From an uncultured virus (IMG/VR IMGVR_UViG_3300042907_002442) (lineage: Duplodnaviria > Heunggongvirae > Uroviricota > Caudoviricetes): 20,000 nucleotides of DNA. How positions within the stretch are numbered: the stretch's first letter is position 1; each line of letters begins with the position of its first letter. Made by a program: the position numbers and the translations under genes. This document shows, piece after piece, positions 1 through 8,584 of this stretch. The stretch lies in the IMG/VR virus record IMGVR_UViG_3300042907_002442. The stretch is one strand, 5' to 3'. Below the pieces are notes generated by a model. It was not told the origin of the DNA and searched no databases. It worked only from the letters and a program-made list of their open reading frames with translations.

Positions 1-2
1 AG

Positions 3-1106
3 AGTGGTTCTTGGTGGGAACATAACCCTCAAAGAGGACGAGCTAATAATTCCGCAGTACTAATGAGACACAAGATTACCAAAGACTATTTTATGGACCT
101 TTGGAAAAGAATCGAGGCTAGTGGTGCGGGAGAACCTGGAATCTACTTGAGTAACGATAAAGATTGGGGAACAAACCCATGTTGTGAAATTGCTCTAAGA
201 CCTTTCCAATTCTGTAATCTTACAGAGGTAAACGTATCGAATGTTGTATCACAGGAAGATTATGAGGACAGAGTAAAGGCTGCAACATTTATTGGAACCC
301 TACAAGCAGGATATACTGATTTCCATTATCTTAGACCTATTTGGCAAAGAACAACAGAGAAAGATGCTTTGATTGGAATTTCAATGACAGGTATTGGTTC
401 AGGAGCTGTGTTGGGTTTAAATATGAAAGCAGCGGCGAAAGTTGTTAAAGAAGAAAATAAAAGAGTTGCTGACGTTATTGGTATCAACCCTGCAGCGAGA
501 ACAACAACAGTTAAACCAGCAGGTACAACTTCACTTACATTAGGTACATCATCAGGAATCCATGCTTGGCACAATGATTATTATATAAGAAGGGTTAGAG
601 TTGGTAAAAATGAATCAATCTATTCTTACTTAAAAGATAATCACTCAGAGTTAGTTGAGGATGAATATTTCAGACCACACGATACTGCAGTAATTGGTAT
701 TCCACAAAAAGCACCCGAAGGGTCAATCCTGAGAAACGAATCACCAATTCAACTTCTTGAAAGAGTAAAAAGAGTTCAACAAGAGTGGATTAAACCAGGT
801 CACAGAAGTGGTTCAAATGCTCACAACGTATCTGCAACAGTTTCCATTCGTGAACACGAGTGGCCTGCTGTAGGAGAGTGGATGTGGGAGAATAAAGAGT
901 ATTATAATGGATTATCGGTATTACCATACGATGGAGGAACTTATATTCAAGCACCATTCGAAGATTGTTCGAAAGAAAAATACGAGGAGTTGATGAAAAC
1001 GTTACACGACGTGGATTTATCAAAAATAGTAGAAGTAGATGATAATACAGACTTATCAGGCGAAGCGGCTTGTGCCGGTGGAGCTTGTGAAGTAAAATTT
1101 GTCTAA
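3..1106 (+). CDS. nrdJ: Class II adenosylcobalamin-dependent ribonucleotide reductase, monomeric RTPR type (5'-truncated by window edge)
   Basis: The frame is open from position 3 (SGSWWEHNPQRGRANNSAVL precedes the track's Met at 63), so the gene starts upstream. It has the catalytic GTNPCCEIAL (NPCxE) loop, the TTVKPAGTTS motif and a C-terminal redox Cys pair ACAGGACEV resembling the Lactobacillus leichmannii RTPR tail. Confidence 0.93.
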   Translation, partial: SGSWWEHNPQRGRANNSAVLMRHKITKDYFMDLWKRIEASGAGEPGIYLSNDKDWGTNPCCEIALRPFQFCNLTEVNVSNVVSQEDYEDRVKAATFIGTLQAGYTDFHYLRPIWQRTTEKDALIGISMTGIGSGAVLGLNMKAAAKVVKEENKRVADVIGINPAARTTTVKPAGTTSLTLGTSSGIHAWHNDYYIRRVRVGKNESIYSYLKDNHSELVEDEYFRPHDTAVIGIPQKAPEGSILRNESPIQLLERVKRVQQEWIKPGHRSGSNAHNVSATVSIREHEWPAVGEWMWENKEYYNGLSVLPYDGGTYIQAPFEDCSKEKYEELMKTLHDVDLSKIVEVDDNTDLSGEAACAGGACEVKFV

Positions 1107-1294
1107 TGAAAAAAAATGATAAAAATAAAGGGGAGAAGTCAGAAAAACTTCTCCCTTTGTATTATAGCGAAGGTGACAGAATAATTTTCACAGAAGAGTT
1201 CCATATTCGAAGGGGACAATGTTGTGGGAATGGATGTAGACACTGTCCATATGACCCTAAGTGGAAAAAGGGTAATACTTTAATAAAAAAATAA
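1106..1294 (+). CDS. Small Cys-cluster protein, DUF5522-like
   Basis: YY-x-EGDRIIFTEEFHIRRGQCCGNGCRHCPY matches my recollection of the DUF5522 pattern. ATG overlaps the nrdJ stop (TAATG). An alternative in-frame TTG lies at 1157. Confidence 0.8.
   Translation: MKKNDKNKGEKSEKLLPLYYSEGDRIIFTEEFHIRRGQCCGNGCRHCPYDPKWKKGNTLIKK
1128..1163 (+). terminator. Intrinsic terminator-like hairpin downstream of nrdJ, within the DUF5522-like ORF
   Basis: GGGAGAAGT (1131-1139) pairs perfectly with ACTTCTCCC (1147-1155) around a 7-nt loop. It is followed by TTTGTATT and preceded by an A-rich tract. Confidence 0.6.
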
Positions 1295-1302
1295 TCAAAG
1301 TA

Positions 1303-1309
1303 TATTTAT
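1303..1309 (+). promoter_or_regulatory. TATTTAT motif, putative phage late-promoter element (copy 1)
   Basis: Lies 5 nt upstream of the ATG at 1315. The same heptamer occurs in the four other intergenic gaps. Confidence 0.55.
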
Positions 1310-1314
1310 GGGAT

Positions 1315-1791
1315 ATGGCAGACGGAACAACCTATGGTATAAAATTCCCATTCAACGATTCTTTCAGAGGGGACTTTCTTGAGCTGACTGAGTATACCTC
1401 TCAACAAATAAGAGCTGATTTAATTCATCTTATTCTGACGAGGAAGGGTTCTAGATATTATTTACCTGAATTCGGAACTAGAATATACGAATTCGTTTTC
1501 GAACCTTTGGACGGTTTGACATTCCAAGCTATAGAGTCAGATATAAGAGATGCGATACAAAGATTTATGCCAAATTTATTGGTGAATCAAATTACCATCG
1601 AACCGGCTGATGAATCTATGGAGGTCAACATGGAAATGGGTCAAATAACTGCGGATGAAACTGCAAGACTTTATGATGTTTACAGACTACCTGGAAGGGG
1701 TACAGCCGAGTATACTGCAAAAATAAAAATAGATTATTCCACAAATGCTCAAACATTTGCCGAAAGTGATTTTATAATTATCAATATTTAA
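1315..1791 (+). CDS. Baseplate protein, GPW/gp25 family (sheath initiator-like)
   Basis: GIKFPF...IRADLIHLILTRKGSRYYLPEFGTRIYEFVFEP is the typical gp25/GPW signature. The gene directly precedes a wedge gene. Confidence 0.88.
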   Translation: MADGTTYGIKFPFNDSFRGDFLELTEYTSQQIRADLIHLILTRKGSRYYLPEFGTRIYEFVFEPLDGLTFQAIESDIRDAIQRFMPNLLVNQITIEPADESMEVNMEMGQITADETARLYDVYRLPGRGTAEYTAKIKIDYSTNAQTFAESDFIIINI

Positions 1792-1796
1792 AAATA

Positions 1797-3635
1797 ATGG
1801 CTAACCGTCAAATATCATATACGTCAAGGGACTTTGCGTCAATCAGGGTTGAACTACAAAATTACGTAAGGACTTATTACCCTGAACTGATTCAAGATTT
1901 CAATGATGCATCAGTATTTTCTGTATTCTTAGATTTGAATGCTGCGGTTGCCGATAACTTACATTACCATATAGATAGAAGTATTCAAGAGACTGTTCTA
2001 CAATACGCACAACAAAAAACTTCTATATATAACATAGCGAGAACCTACGGTTTGAAAATCCCTGGTATGAGACCATCGGTATCATTAGTGGATTTTTCAA
2101 TTACGGTTCCGGCGTTTGGAGATAAAGAAGATGAGAGATACTTAGGAACTTTGGTGAGAGGTTCTCAAATTATAGGTTCTGGATTGGTATTTGAAAATGT
2201 TGAGGATATTGATTTCTCATCTCCGTACAATTCTCAAGGTTTTCCCAATAGAGTTAAAATACCAAATTTCAATAGTAATGGGATTTTAGTAAACTATACC
2301 ATCACCAAAAGAGAAATAGTTGTAAACGGAATTACAAAAGTATTCAAAAGAGTAATAACACCAAGTGATGTGAAACCATTCTTTGAATTGTTCCTACCTG
2401 AAAAAAATGTTTTGGGTATTACAAGTGTATTGTTGAAGGATGGAACACAATATACAAACATTCCTACAACAGCTGAGTTTCTTGGTGCTGCAAATAGATG
2501 GTATGAAGTTGACGCCCTAGCTGAGGATAGAGTATTTGTAGAAGACCCTACTAAAGTATCAGACCAACCAGGAATCAAAGTTGGAAGATATATACAAACT
2601 CAAAATAGGTTTATTACCGAATACACCTCTGAGGGTTTTAAAAAAATGACTTTCGGTGGTGGTACAAATACTGCACAGGATGCCTTGGACCAATTCACTA
2701 CGTTAGGTACCACTTTGAATATCCAAAAGTATTCTAATAATATTTCCTTAGGTGCAGCTTTGAGACCTAATTCCACTTTGTTCATTCAGTATAGAGTGGG
2801 TGGAGGATTGAATACTAACTTAGGTACAAATGTAATCAATCAAGTTGGCACAGTTTCATTTTTTGTGAACGGTCCATCTGAAACAATCAATACAGCTGTT
2901 GTAAACTCTTTGAGATGTACAAACGTAACTGCGGCAATCGGTGGGGCTAACATGCCAAGCACCGATGAGATTCGTAACTATGTATCATTCAATTTTTCTG
3001 CACAAAAAAGAGCTGTAACAGTTCAAGACTATGAATCCATAATCAGGAATATGCCTTCACAATTTGGTGCACCGGCTAAAGTATCAATAACAGAAAACGA
3101 TAATAAAATATTGATTCAAATTCTATCGTATGATACACAGGGTAAACTTACGAATATTGTCTCCAATACCTTAAAACAAAATATTGCGAATTATTTGTCA
3201 AATTATAGAATGATGAATGATTATATATCAATTTTCAGTGCTGAGGTGATTGATTTGAGTGTAGATGTATCTATTGTTTTGGATTCGGCTCAAAACTCAG
3301 GACAAGTGATTTCTTCTGTAATCGATAAAGTATCTACATATTTCAATCCACAATTACGACAATTAGGTCAAAATGTTTATTTGTCTGAGTTGAGAAGTCA
3401 AATACAAAATACTAATGGAGTTTTAACCGTGGCAGGACTAGATATTTTCAACGAGGTTGGTGGACAATATTCTTCAGCTGAAACTTCCATGAGATATTCA
3501 GACCCTGAGACAAGACAAATAGAACCTGTTGATGACACTATCTTTGCACAACCTAATCAGGTTTATCAAATTAGATTCCCTAATAAAGACATTCGAGTGT
3601 CAGTGAAGAACTTCCAAACAATTACATTCTCCTAA
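1797..3635 (+). CDS. Baseplate wedge subunit, T4 gp6 / baseplate J-like
   Basis: N-terminal YTSRDFASIRVEL...DFNDAS...LDLNAAVADNLHYHIDRSIQET-x-LQYAQ, internal YRVGGG and QKRAVTVQDYE motifs, 612 aa length and adjacency to gp25. Confidence 0.85.
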   Translation: MANRQISYTSRDFASIRVELQNYVRTYYPELIQDFNDASVFSVFLDLNAAVADNLHYHIDRSIQETVLQYAQQKTSIYNIARTYGLKIPGMRPSVSLVDFSITVPAFGDKEDERYLGTLVRGSQIIGSGLVFENVEDIDFSSPYNSQGFPNRVKIPNFNSNGILVNYTITKREIVVNGITKVFKRVITPSDVKPFFELFLPEKNVLGITSVLLKDGTQYTNIPTTAEFLGAANRWYEVDALAEDRVFVEDPTKVSDQPGIKVGRYIQTQNRFITEYTSEGFKKMTFGGGTNTAQDALDQFTTLGTTLNIQKYSNNISLGAALRPNSTLFIQYRVGGGLNTNLGTNVINQVGTVSFFVNGPSETINTAVVNSLRCTNVTAAIGGANMPSTDEIRNYVSFNFSAQKRAVTVQDYESIIRNMPSQFGAPAKVSITENDNKILIQILSYDTQGKLTNIVSNTLKQNIANYLSNYRMMNDYISIFSAEVIDLSVDVSIVLDSAQNSGQVISSVIDKVSTYFNPQLRQLGQNVYLSELRSQIQNTNGVLTVAGLDIFNEVGGQYSSAETSMRYSDPETRQIEPVDDTIFAQPNQVYQIRFPNKDIRVSVKNFQTITFS

Positions 3636-3670
3636 CAAGTTTATTTTCCCTTGAGATAATCTATAATTAG

Positions 3671-3700
3671 GTTGTGTGTATTTTGTAAAAATACCACAAT
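3671..3700 (+). other. Intergenic stem-loop immediately upstream of the TATTTAT motif
   Basis: TTGTG (3672-3676) pairs with CACAA (3695-3699) and GTATTTT (3678-3684) with AAAATAC (3688-3694), with one bulged T and a 3-nt loop. Confidence 0.45.
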
Positions 3701-3710
3701 AACTATTTAT
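3698..3710 (+). promoter_or_regulatory. AATAACTATTTAT motif, putative late promoter (copy 2)
   Basis: Identical over 13 nt to 12137-12149. Both end 14 nt before an ATG. Confidence 0.6.
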
Positions 3711-3724
3711 CATAAAAGTATTTG

Positions 3725-6700
3725 ATGGGTCAATCTTATCGTATAAGGACCGAGCTTGGTATTACAAAAACAATAAATGTAGAGCTTACTCAAGAATTTG
3801 AATTCTTAGAAATTCTATCTCTTAAACTCCAACAACAAGATGTCTATTCAAGATTGTGTGCGGACTATGGTGTTGTTGTAGGAAGAGTTACTGCAAACAA
3901 TGGCTTGGGTATACCAAATGCCAGAGTTGCTATTTTTGTTCCAATAGAACAAATTGACCAATCAAATCCTGTTATATCGTCCATATATCCTTACAATTCA
4001 CCGTCTGACAGGAATGAGGATGGGTATAGGTATAATCTTCTACCTTACGAACCATCTTATACAGGCCATGCAGCCACAGGTACTTTACCATCAAGATTAG
4101 ACGTGTTGACAGGACAAACCGCTGTTGAAATTTATGACAAATATTACAAACTAACTGCAAAAACTAATGACAGTGGGGATTACATGATTATGGGAGTTCC
4201 TCTTGGTGAGCAAACCATAGTAATGGATGTTGATTTATCTGACATAGGAGAATTCTCTCTTACACCTCAAGACCTTATTAGAATGGGTCTAGCGACAGAG
4301 GCCCAAGTCGCGGGAAATAGATTCAGAACATCTGCAGATTTGAACTCCCTACCTCAGATTATAAATTTAACAAAAGTTGTTGAAGTTTCTCCACTTTGGG
4401 GTGAACCTGCTGTTTGTCAAATAGCTATAAACAGAGTTGACTTTGATTTAAGAAATGAAGCTAACGTTGACATTCAACCCACAGCAGTTTTCATGGGTTC
4501 AATTTTTTCAACTTCAGAACAATACGCAATCAAAAGAAATTCCAAACCCAAAGATGATTTTGGTAATCTTTGTCAGTTAGAAACAGGTCCAGGTCAAATT
4601 TTGGCTATACGTCAAACATTACAAGTTGATTTAAGTGGTAACCCTTTTTTAGAACAATATGAGATAGAAAAAAATGGTAATGTAATCGATGGTAACGGTG
4701 CTTGGTTGATTGAGTTACCTATGAATTTGGAGTATCTAGTAACAAATGAATTTGGAGAAAGGATAATTTCATACGACCCATCAATAGGAATACCAACAAA
4801 ATCGAAGTATAGGTTTAAGATTAAATGGCAACAATCTTCTAATGCGTCTGAGCAATATAGAAGGGCGTATTATTTGATTCCTAACATAAGAGAATTCGGT
4901 TGGCCAAGTGATATACAAGACCCGAATCTCAGTAACATATTCAACTCTCAACTACAAAGTTCGTATTATTTTGGACTGGACTGGAGTGGATATACCTCAG
5001 GATTACAAGGGCAAGAAGCGGTTGATAAATTGGACCAAATTATAAATTGTGAAGACACTTTTTACGAATTTGAATATAACAGGGTTTATACGGTTTCAGG
5101 TTTAATAGACCAATATAAAGATGGTTCAAGAGGTAGGTTTATAGGAATTAAAGAAATAGATAACAATTCTTGTGAGGAAACAGTAAACAAAGTTCCAGTG
5201 AATGAAGGATTCAGAAATTTCGACCTTCTTTTCTTTGTTTATAGTATATTACTACAAATATTACAGATTGTAGGTGTCCCACTTCTTATTACATATCACC
5301 TTATTGCCGCACTTTGGAACTTTGTTGTTGATATTAGAAACGGTTTGACAACATTAGGATATGCAATTGGTGGTCTCATGACTTTAGTCGGTGCAATTGA
5401 GGTTATATTTGCCGGTACCCAATTCTCCTCAATTTTTACAAATCCAGGTGGGTTAGCCGGAGGTTTGGTTGTATTAAAAAAGGCTATCGCATTTACAACA
5501 ACAGGTCTTACAATATTAGGGATAACTATAGGTATTGATATATTGACAAGACTTTTGAGGAGAAGGTCGTTCAACAGATTTTATCTTCCAATTCTTACTT
5601 ACCCCGATTGTTCATCCTGCTCTTGTGGTGAATCATTTTCAGATTCAGATGTGGGAGGTTCTAAAGTTTCTTTATTGACACAATTTTCAAGTAGTTTTTT
5701 TTATTATGAGAAAATTTTACAATCTCTAACCTCTCAATATTCAAGTGAAGATGCTCAAATCGTTGCACTTTCATTCTCTCAAGCAATGGGAACTGTGGGT
5801 GGTGATGAGGCTGCGGATAATTATAAAACTACCGTGTCACCTGAAACAAATTTAGTGGATGGTAATGATAGGTTTTTTGCTTATTCGCCAGACCTACCTT
5901 TTGGTGAAAGAATCAACGTTTTCAATACAAGAAAAAAATACTTTGATGGAATAAATAAAATAAGTGTTTCATTTGATTATCCCGCAAATTCTGCACTACA
6001 ACACTTTGATAACACCTTGACAGTAGTTTCTCAAACATCTTTTGAAAGTGGTACACTTATGACATTTGTTGATATTGCAAGAACACAAGATGTAAACTAC
6101 ACAACGACTGGTTCTACTGTCGCATCTGGATTCCCAAATGGGATATCGGGAACATCAATAAACCCAAGTTTATCACAATACCCTGTTGAGTATGCTATCA
6201 ATCAAACAACAAATTCTCAGCCTGTAAATTATATACTTAGTACAGGTTCAACTATAACAAATTATAAGTTTCCCTCTGATATAGAGTATTATCAGGTTGT
6301 AACAGCTATCACTATAAGTGATGCTATACAGATTTGGGGTGGTAATACAACAAATGGTTTATTACCAACAATATTCAGTTCTGACACCGATATCCTATGG
6401 AACAGAAGGACTGGTTCAAGTTGGGGAGGATTGAGCATTACTACTTACCCTGTTTCAGCGACGTTTGCTGATTTCAATTCTCAATATGTTCTCATTCTTC
6501 AGAGAGGGGTTGACCCATATTCACCAAACTATGTAAATAGGTATGGTCTTGGTAAATTATTTGGGTATCCAAATGAAAATGACTACGTTGTCACAGCTTC
6601 AACTAGATTAAATATACCAATTCAAAAAAACACAGATACAACAACTTCTGTCCAAAAATTTAATAACCAAAGTAACATATTTTATCCATCACACTTTTTT

Positions 6701-8584
6701 AGACCTGGAAATGATTATTCTGCTTTTACAACATCTCAAGTAGGATATTATAGTTCTTTAGATGCTCAAAACCCAGGACCAAGTATGTTTAATTCGACGA
6801 TAAACAACCAATATGAGGGAATAGTATCGTCAATATGGAATGACTTTTTTACAACGTCGAATAATGGATTGATTAAAGTAAAAAAGTATGAACAATATGA
6901 AGATTTGTCTGGCGCGGCTTATTATTACTTACAAGGGGGTAGGAGACCGAATGATGTCAGTACTTTTTACTATACAAAAGTATTATTACCAAGTTTACTT
7001 ACAAATCCTCTGAATATAAATAACTCTAACTTGAACGTGATGAGAACAGACAGGCTCCCATCATCAGATGCTTTAGACGGGTCCAGCTGGAATAATAACC
7101 CGGCCCTACTACAACAAAACTTAAATTTTGCAATTTATGTGATAAGTTCTACAGACCAAGGGATATCAACGGTTAGCTTCGGTCAAGGTGCGGATATAAT
7201 ACCCCCTGACATTGAGGGACAACTTGCTTGGACTAATGTATTAGATTCCTTTAGTTGTGAAAATGCAGTTTCTTTGGGTTGTTATGAAAAATATAATACT
7301 AGCTTTGGTGTAAATAGAAATTGTGCCACAAAAGATGATGTTGAAAGTGGTTGTTATGTCTTTATGAGAAGACCACTTCGTGATTTAGGAAAAGACATAA
7401 GAAATTTTAATGAATGGGGTTTCAGATATAGGTTTTTCTTCGGATTATGTAGAGGGGTGTTGGCTCAATCATTTACAAATAATTGGTTGAATGGGTCACT
7501 TTTTACATTCCCAATACAAATAACCAGAAAATGGGGGAGAGATAATAGATTGAAAGAACTTAGATATCCAAGAAATCTAATATATTTTGATGCGTCTACA
7601 AATAATTTCTATTACAGAAGTAGTCCGTGGTTAGGGACACCAACGACTGGCTCATTCATAGGGAAACCAACGTTGGGTCAATCATTTCCAATGAACATTA
7701 GAAATTTATTATTTCCAACGACAATAATGAATTTGGGTATGAAAGATTCATTTTATGATGAGATAACTTTCACACCCTCTACTGCGGCTTATGTTATGAA
7801 TAATTTGAATTCAACAAGTTATCAAGATACGTCCAACATCGTGAATTTATTTGTGATTTCTAGAATTGCTAACTCTACTTTCCTCACGCGAATCACAAAT
7901 AATGATTCGTTGAATGTGTTATTCAGTAGAAATCCAAACATTCCTCCGAAAAACAGAATTGATGCGGATTTAGCACAAATGATGTCAATCAATTGTGAAA
8001 TCGGGGTCGTACCTTTTACCCCCGAATATTATGATAGTACTGGTCCGGTGAATACAAATCCTGTCGTTATTTATGGTACTACCGCAGAGAATGCTCTTAT
8101 GGGAATATTTTTCTCATCCACAACCTTTGACTTGCAAACGAAAGATTTTATTTCACCAGGAATTATAAATTTCAGACCGAATCCTTTCGTCCCAGCAATT
8201 ACATATCCATATGGGATTAAATCTCAAAAAGTACCATTCTATCAATGGCAATTGAATCAACCGCAAAGTATATTTACAATATTTGGTAGTGAGAGGAACA
8301 ATTGGGCTACAGACATTCCTGACATTGTTACCTCCGAGTATCAAAATTTAAATAGGAGAAATGTTACAACCCCAAATTATTTTGTACCGTCAAATACTTC
8401 TTTTGACATTTATCAAAGGGGATATATTTTCAACGTTGATTCAGTTGGAAATTATGACCCTAATGTTTGGAACTCAATGAAAAGTAAATTTATGATTGGT
8501 GCTCCTAATCATTTTTACTTTGGATTATTCAAAGGTAAAAGTGCTATGGATTTATTTAAAACAAAATATCTACCTAATGAATAA
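3725..8584 (+). CDS. Very large putative virion/baseplate-associated protein (1619 aa) with an internal hydrophobic segment
   Basis: Uninterrupted ORF; ATG at 3725 is preferred over TTG at 3722. N-terminal GVVVGRVTANNGLGIPNARVAIF resembles a carboxypeptidase-regulatory-like/prealbumin beta-sandwich. A hydrophobic block at about aa 500-610 is followed by YPDCSSCSC. The structural role is inferred from gene context. Confidence 0.7.
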   Translation: MGQSYRIRTELGITKTINVELTQEFEFLEILSLKLQQQDVYSRLCADYGVVVGRVTANNGLGIPNARVAIFVPIEQIDQSNPVISSIYPYNSPSDRNEDGYRYNLLPYEPSYTGHAATGTLPSRLDVLTGQTAVEIYDKYYKLTAKTNDSGDYMIMGVPLGEQTIVMDVDLSDIGEFSLTPQDLIRMGLATEAQVAGNRFRTSADLNSLPQIINLTKVVEVSPLWGEPAVCQIAINRVDFDLRNEANVDIQPTAVFMGSIFSTSEQYAIKRNSKPKDDFGNLCQLETGPGQILAIRQTLQVDLSGNPFLEQYEIEKNGNVIDGNGAWLIELPMNLEYLVTNEFGERIISYDPSIGIPTKSKYRFKIKWQQSSNASEQYRRAYYLIPNIREFGWPSDIQDPNLSNIFNSQLQSSYYFGLDWSGYTSGLQGQEAVDKLDQIINCEDTFYEFEYNRVYTVSGLIDQYKDGSRGRFIGIKEIDNNSCEETVNKVPVNEGFRNFDLLFFVYSILLQILQIVGVPLLITYHLIAALWNFVVDIRNGLTTLGYAIGGLMTLVGAIEVIFAGTQFSSIFTNPGGLAGGLVVLKKAIAFTTTGLTILGITIGIDILTRLLRRRSFNRFYLPILTYPDCSSCSCGESFSDSDVGGSKVSLLTQFSSSFFYYEKILQSLTSQYSSEDAQIVALSFSQAMGTVGGDEAADNYKTTVSPETNLVDGNDRFFAYSPDLPFGERINVFNTRKKYFDGINKISVSFDYPANSALQHFDNTLTVVSQTSFESGTLMTFVDIARTQDVNYTTTGSTVASGFPNGISGTSINPSLSQYPVEYAINQTTNSQPVNYILSTGSTITNYKFPSDIEYYQVVTAITISDAIQIWGGNTTNGLLPTIFSSDTDILWNRRTGSSWGGLSITTYPVSATFADFNSQYVLILQRGVDPYSPNYVNRYGLGKLFGYPNENDYVVTASTRLNIPIQKNTDTTTSVQKFNNQSNIFYPSHFFRPGNDYSAFTTSQVGYYSSLDAQNPGPSMFNSTINNQYEGIVSSIWNDFFTTSNNGLIKVKKYEQYEDLSGAAYYYLQGGRRPNDVSTFYYTKVLLPSLLTNPLNINNSNLNVMRTDRLPSSDALDGSSWNNNPALLQQNLNFAIYVISSTDQGISTVSFGQGADIIPPDIEGQLAWTNVLDSFSCENAVSLGCYEKYNTSFGVNRNCATKDDVESGCYVFMRRPLRDLGKDIRNFNEWGFRYRFFFGLCRGVLAQSFTNNWLNGSLFTFPIQITRKWGRDNRLKELRYPRNLIYFDASTNNFYYRSSPWLGTPTTGSFIGKPTLGQSFPMNIRNLLFPTTIMNLGMKDSFYDEITFTPSTAAYVMNNLNSTSYQDTSNIVNLFVISRIANSTFLTRITNNDSLNVLFSRNPNIPPKNRIDADLAQMMSINCEIGVVPFTPEYYDSTGPVNTNPVVIYGTTAENALMGIFFSSTTFDLQTKDFISPGIINFRPNPFVPAITYPYGIKSQKVPFYQWQLNQPQSIFTIFGSERNNWATDIPDIVTSEYQNLNRRNVTTPNYFVPSNTSFDIYQRGYIFNVDSVGNYDPNVWNSMKSKFMIGAPNHFYFGLFKGKSAMDLFKTKYLPNE

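Noticed and set aside
63..65. Met at 63 as the nrdJ start
   Set aside because: The frame is open to the window edge with RNR-like sequence, and 347 aa is too short for this enzyme.
3..1106. Intein or intron in nrdJ
   Set aside because: The visible part is continuous and compact from NPCxE to the C-terminal Cys pair, with no splicing or homing-endonuclease motifs.
8496..8576. Track start at 8496 for the 583-aa ORF
   Set aside because: It would overlap the upstream gene by 89 nt. The ATG at 8577 fits the short-overlap coupling seen elsewhere in the window.
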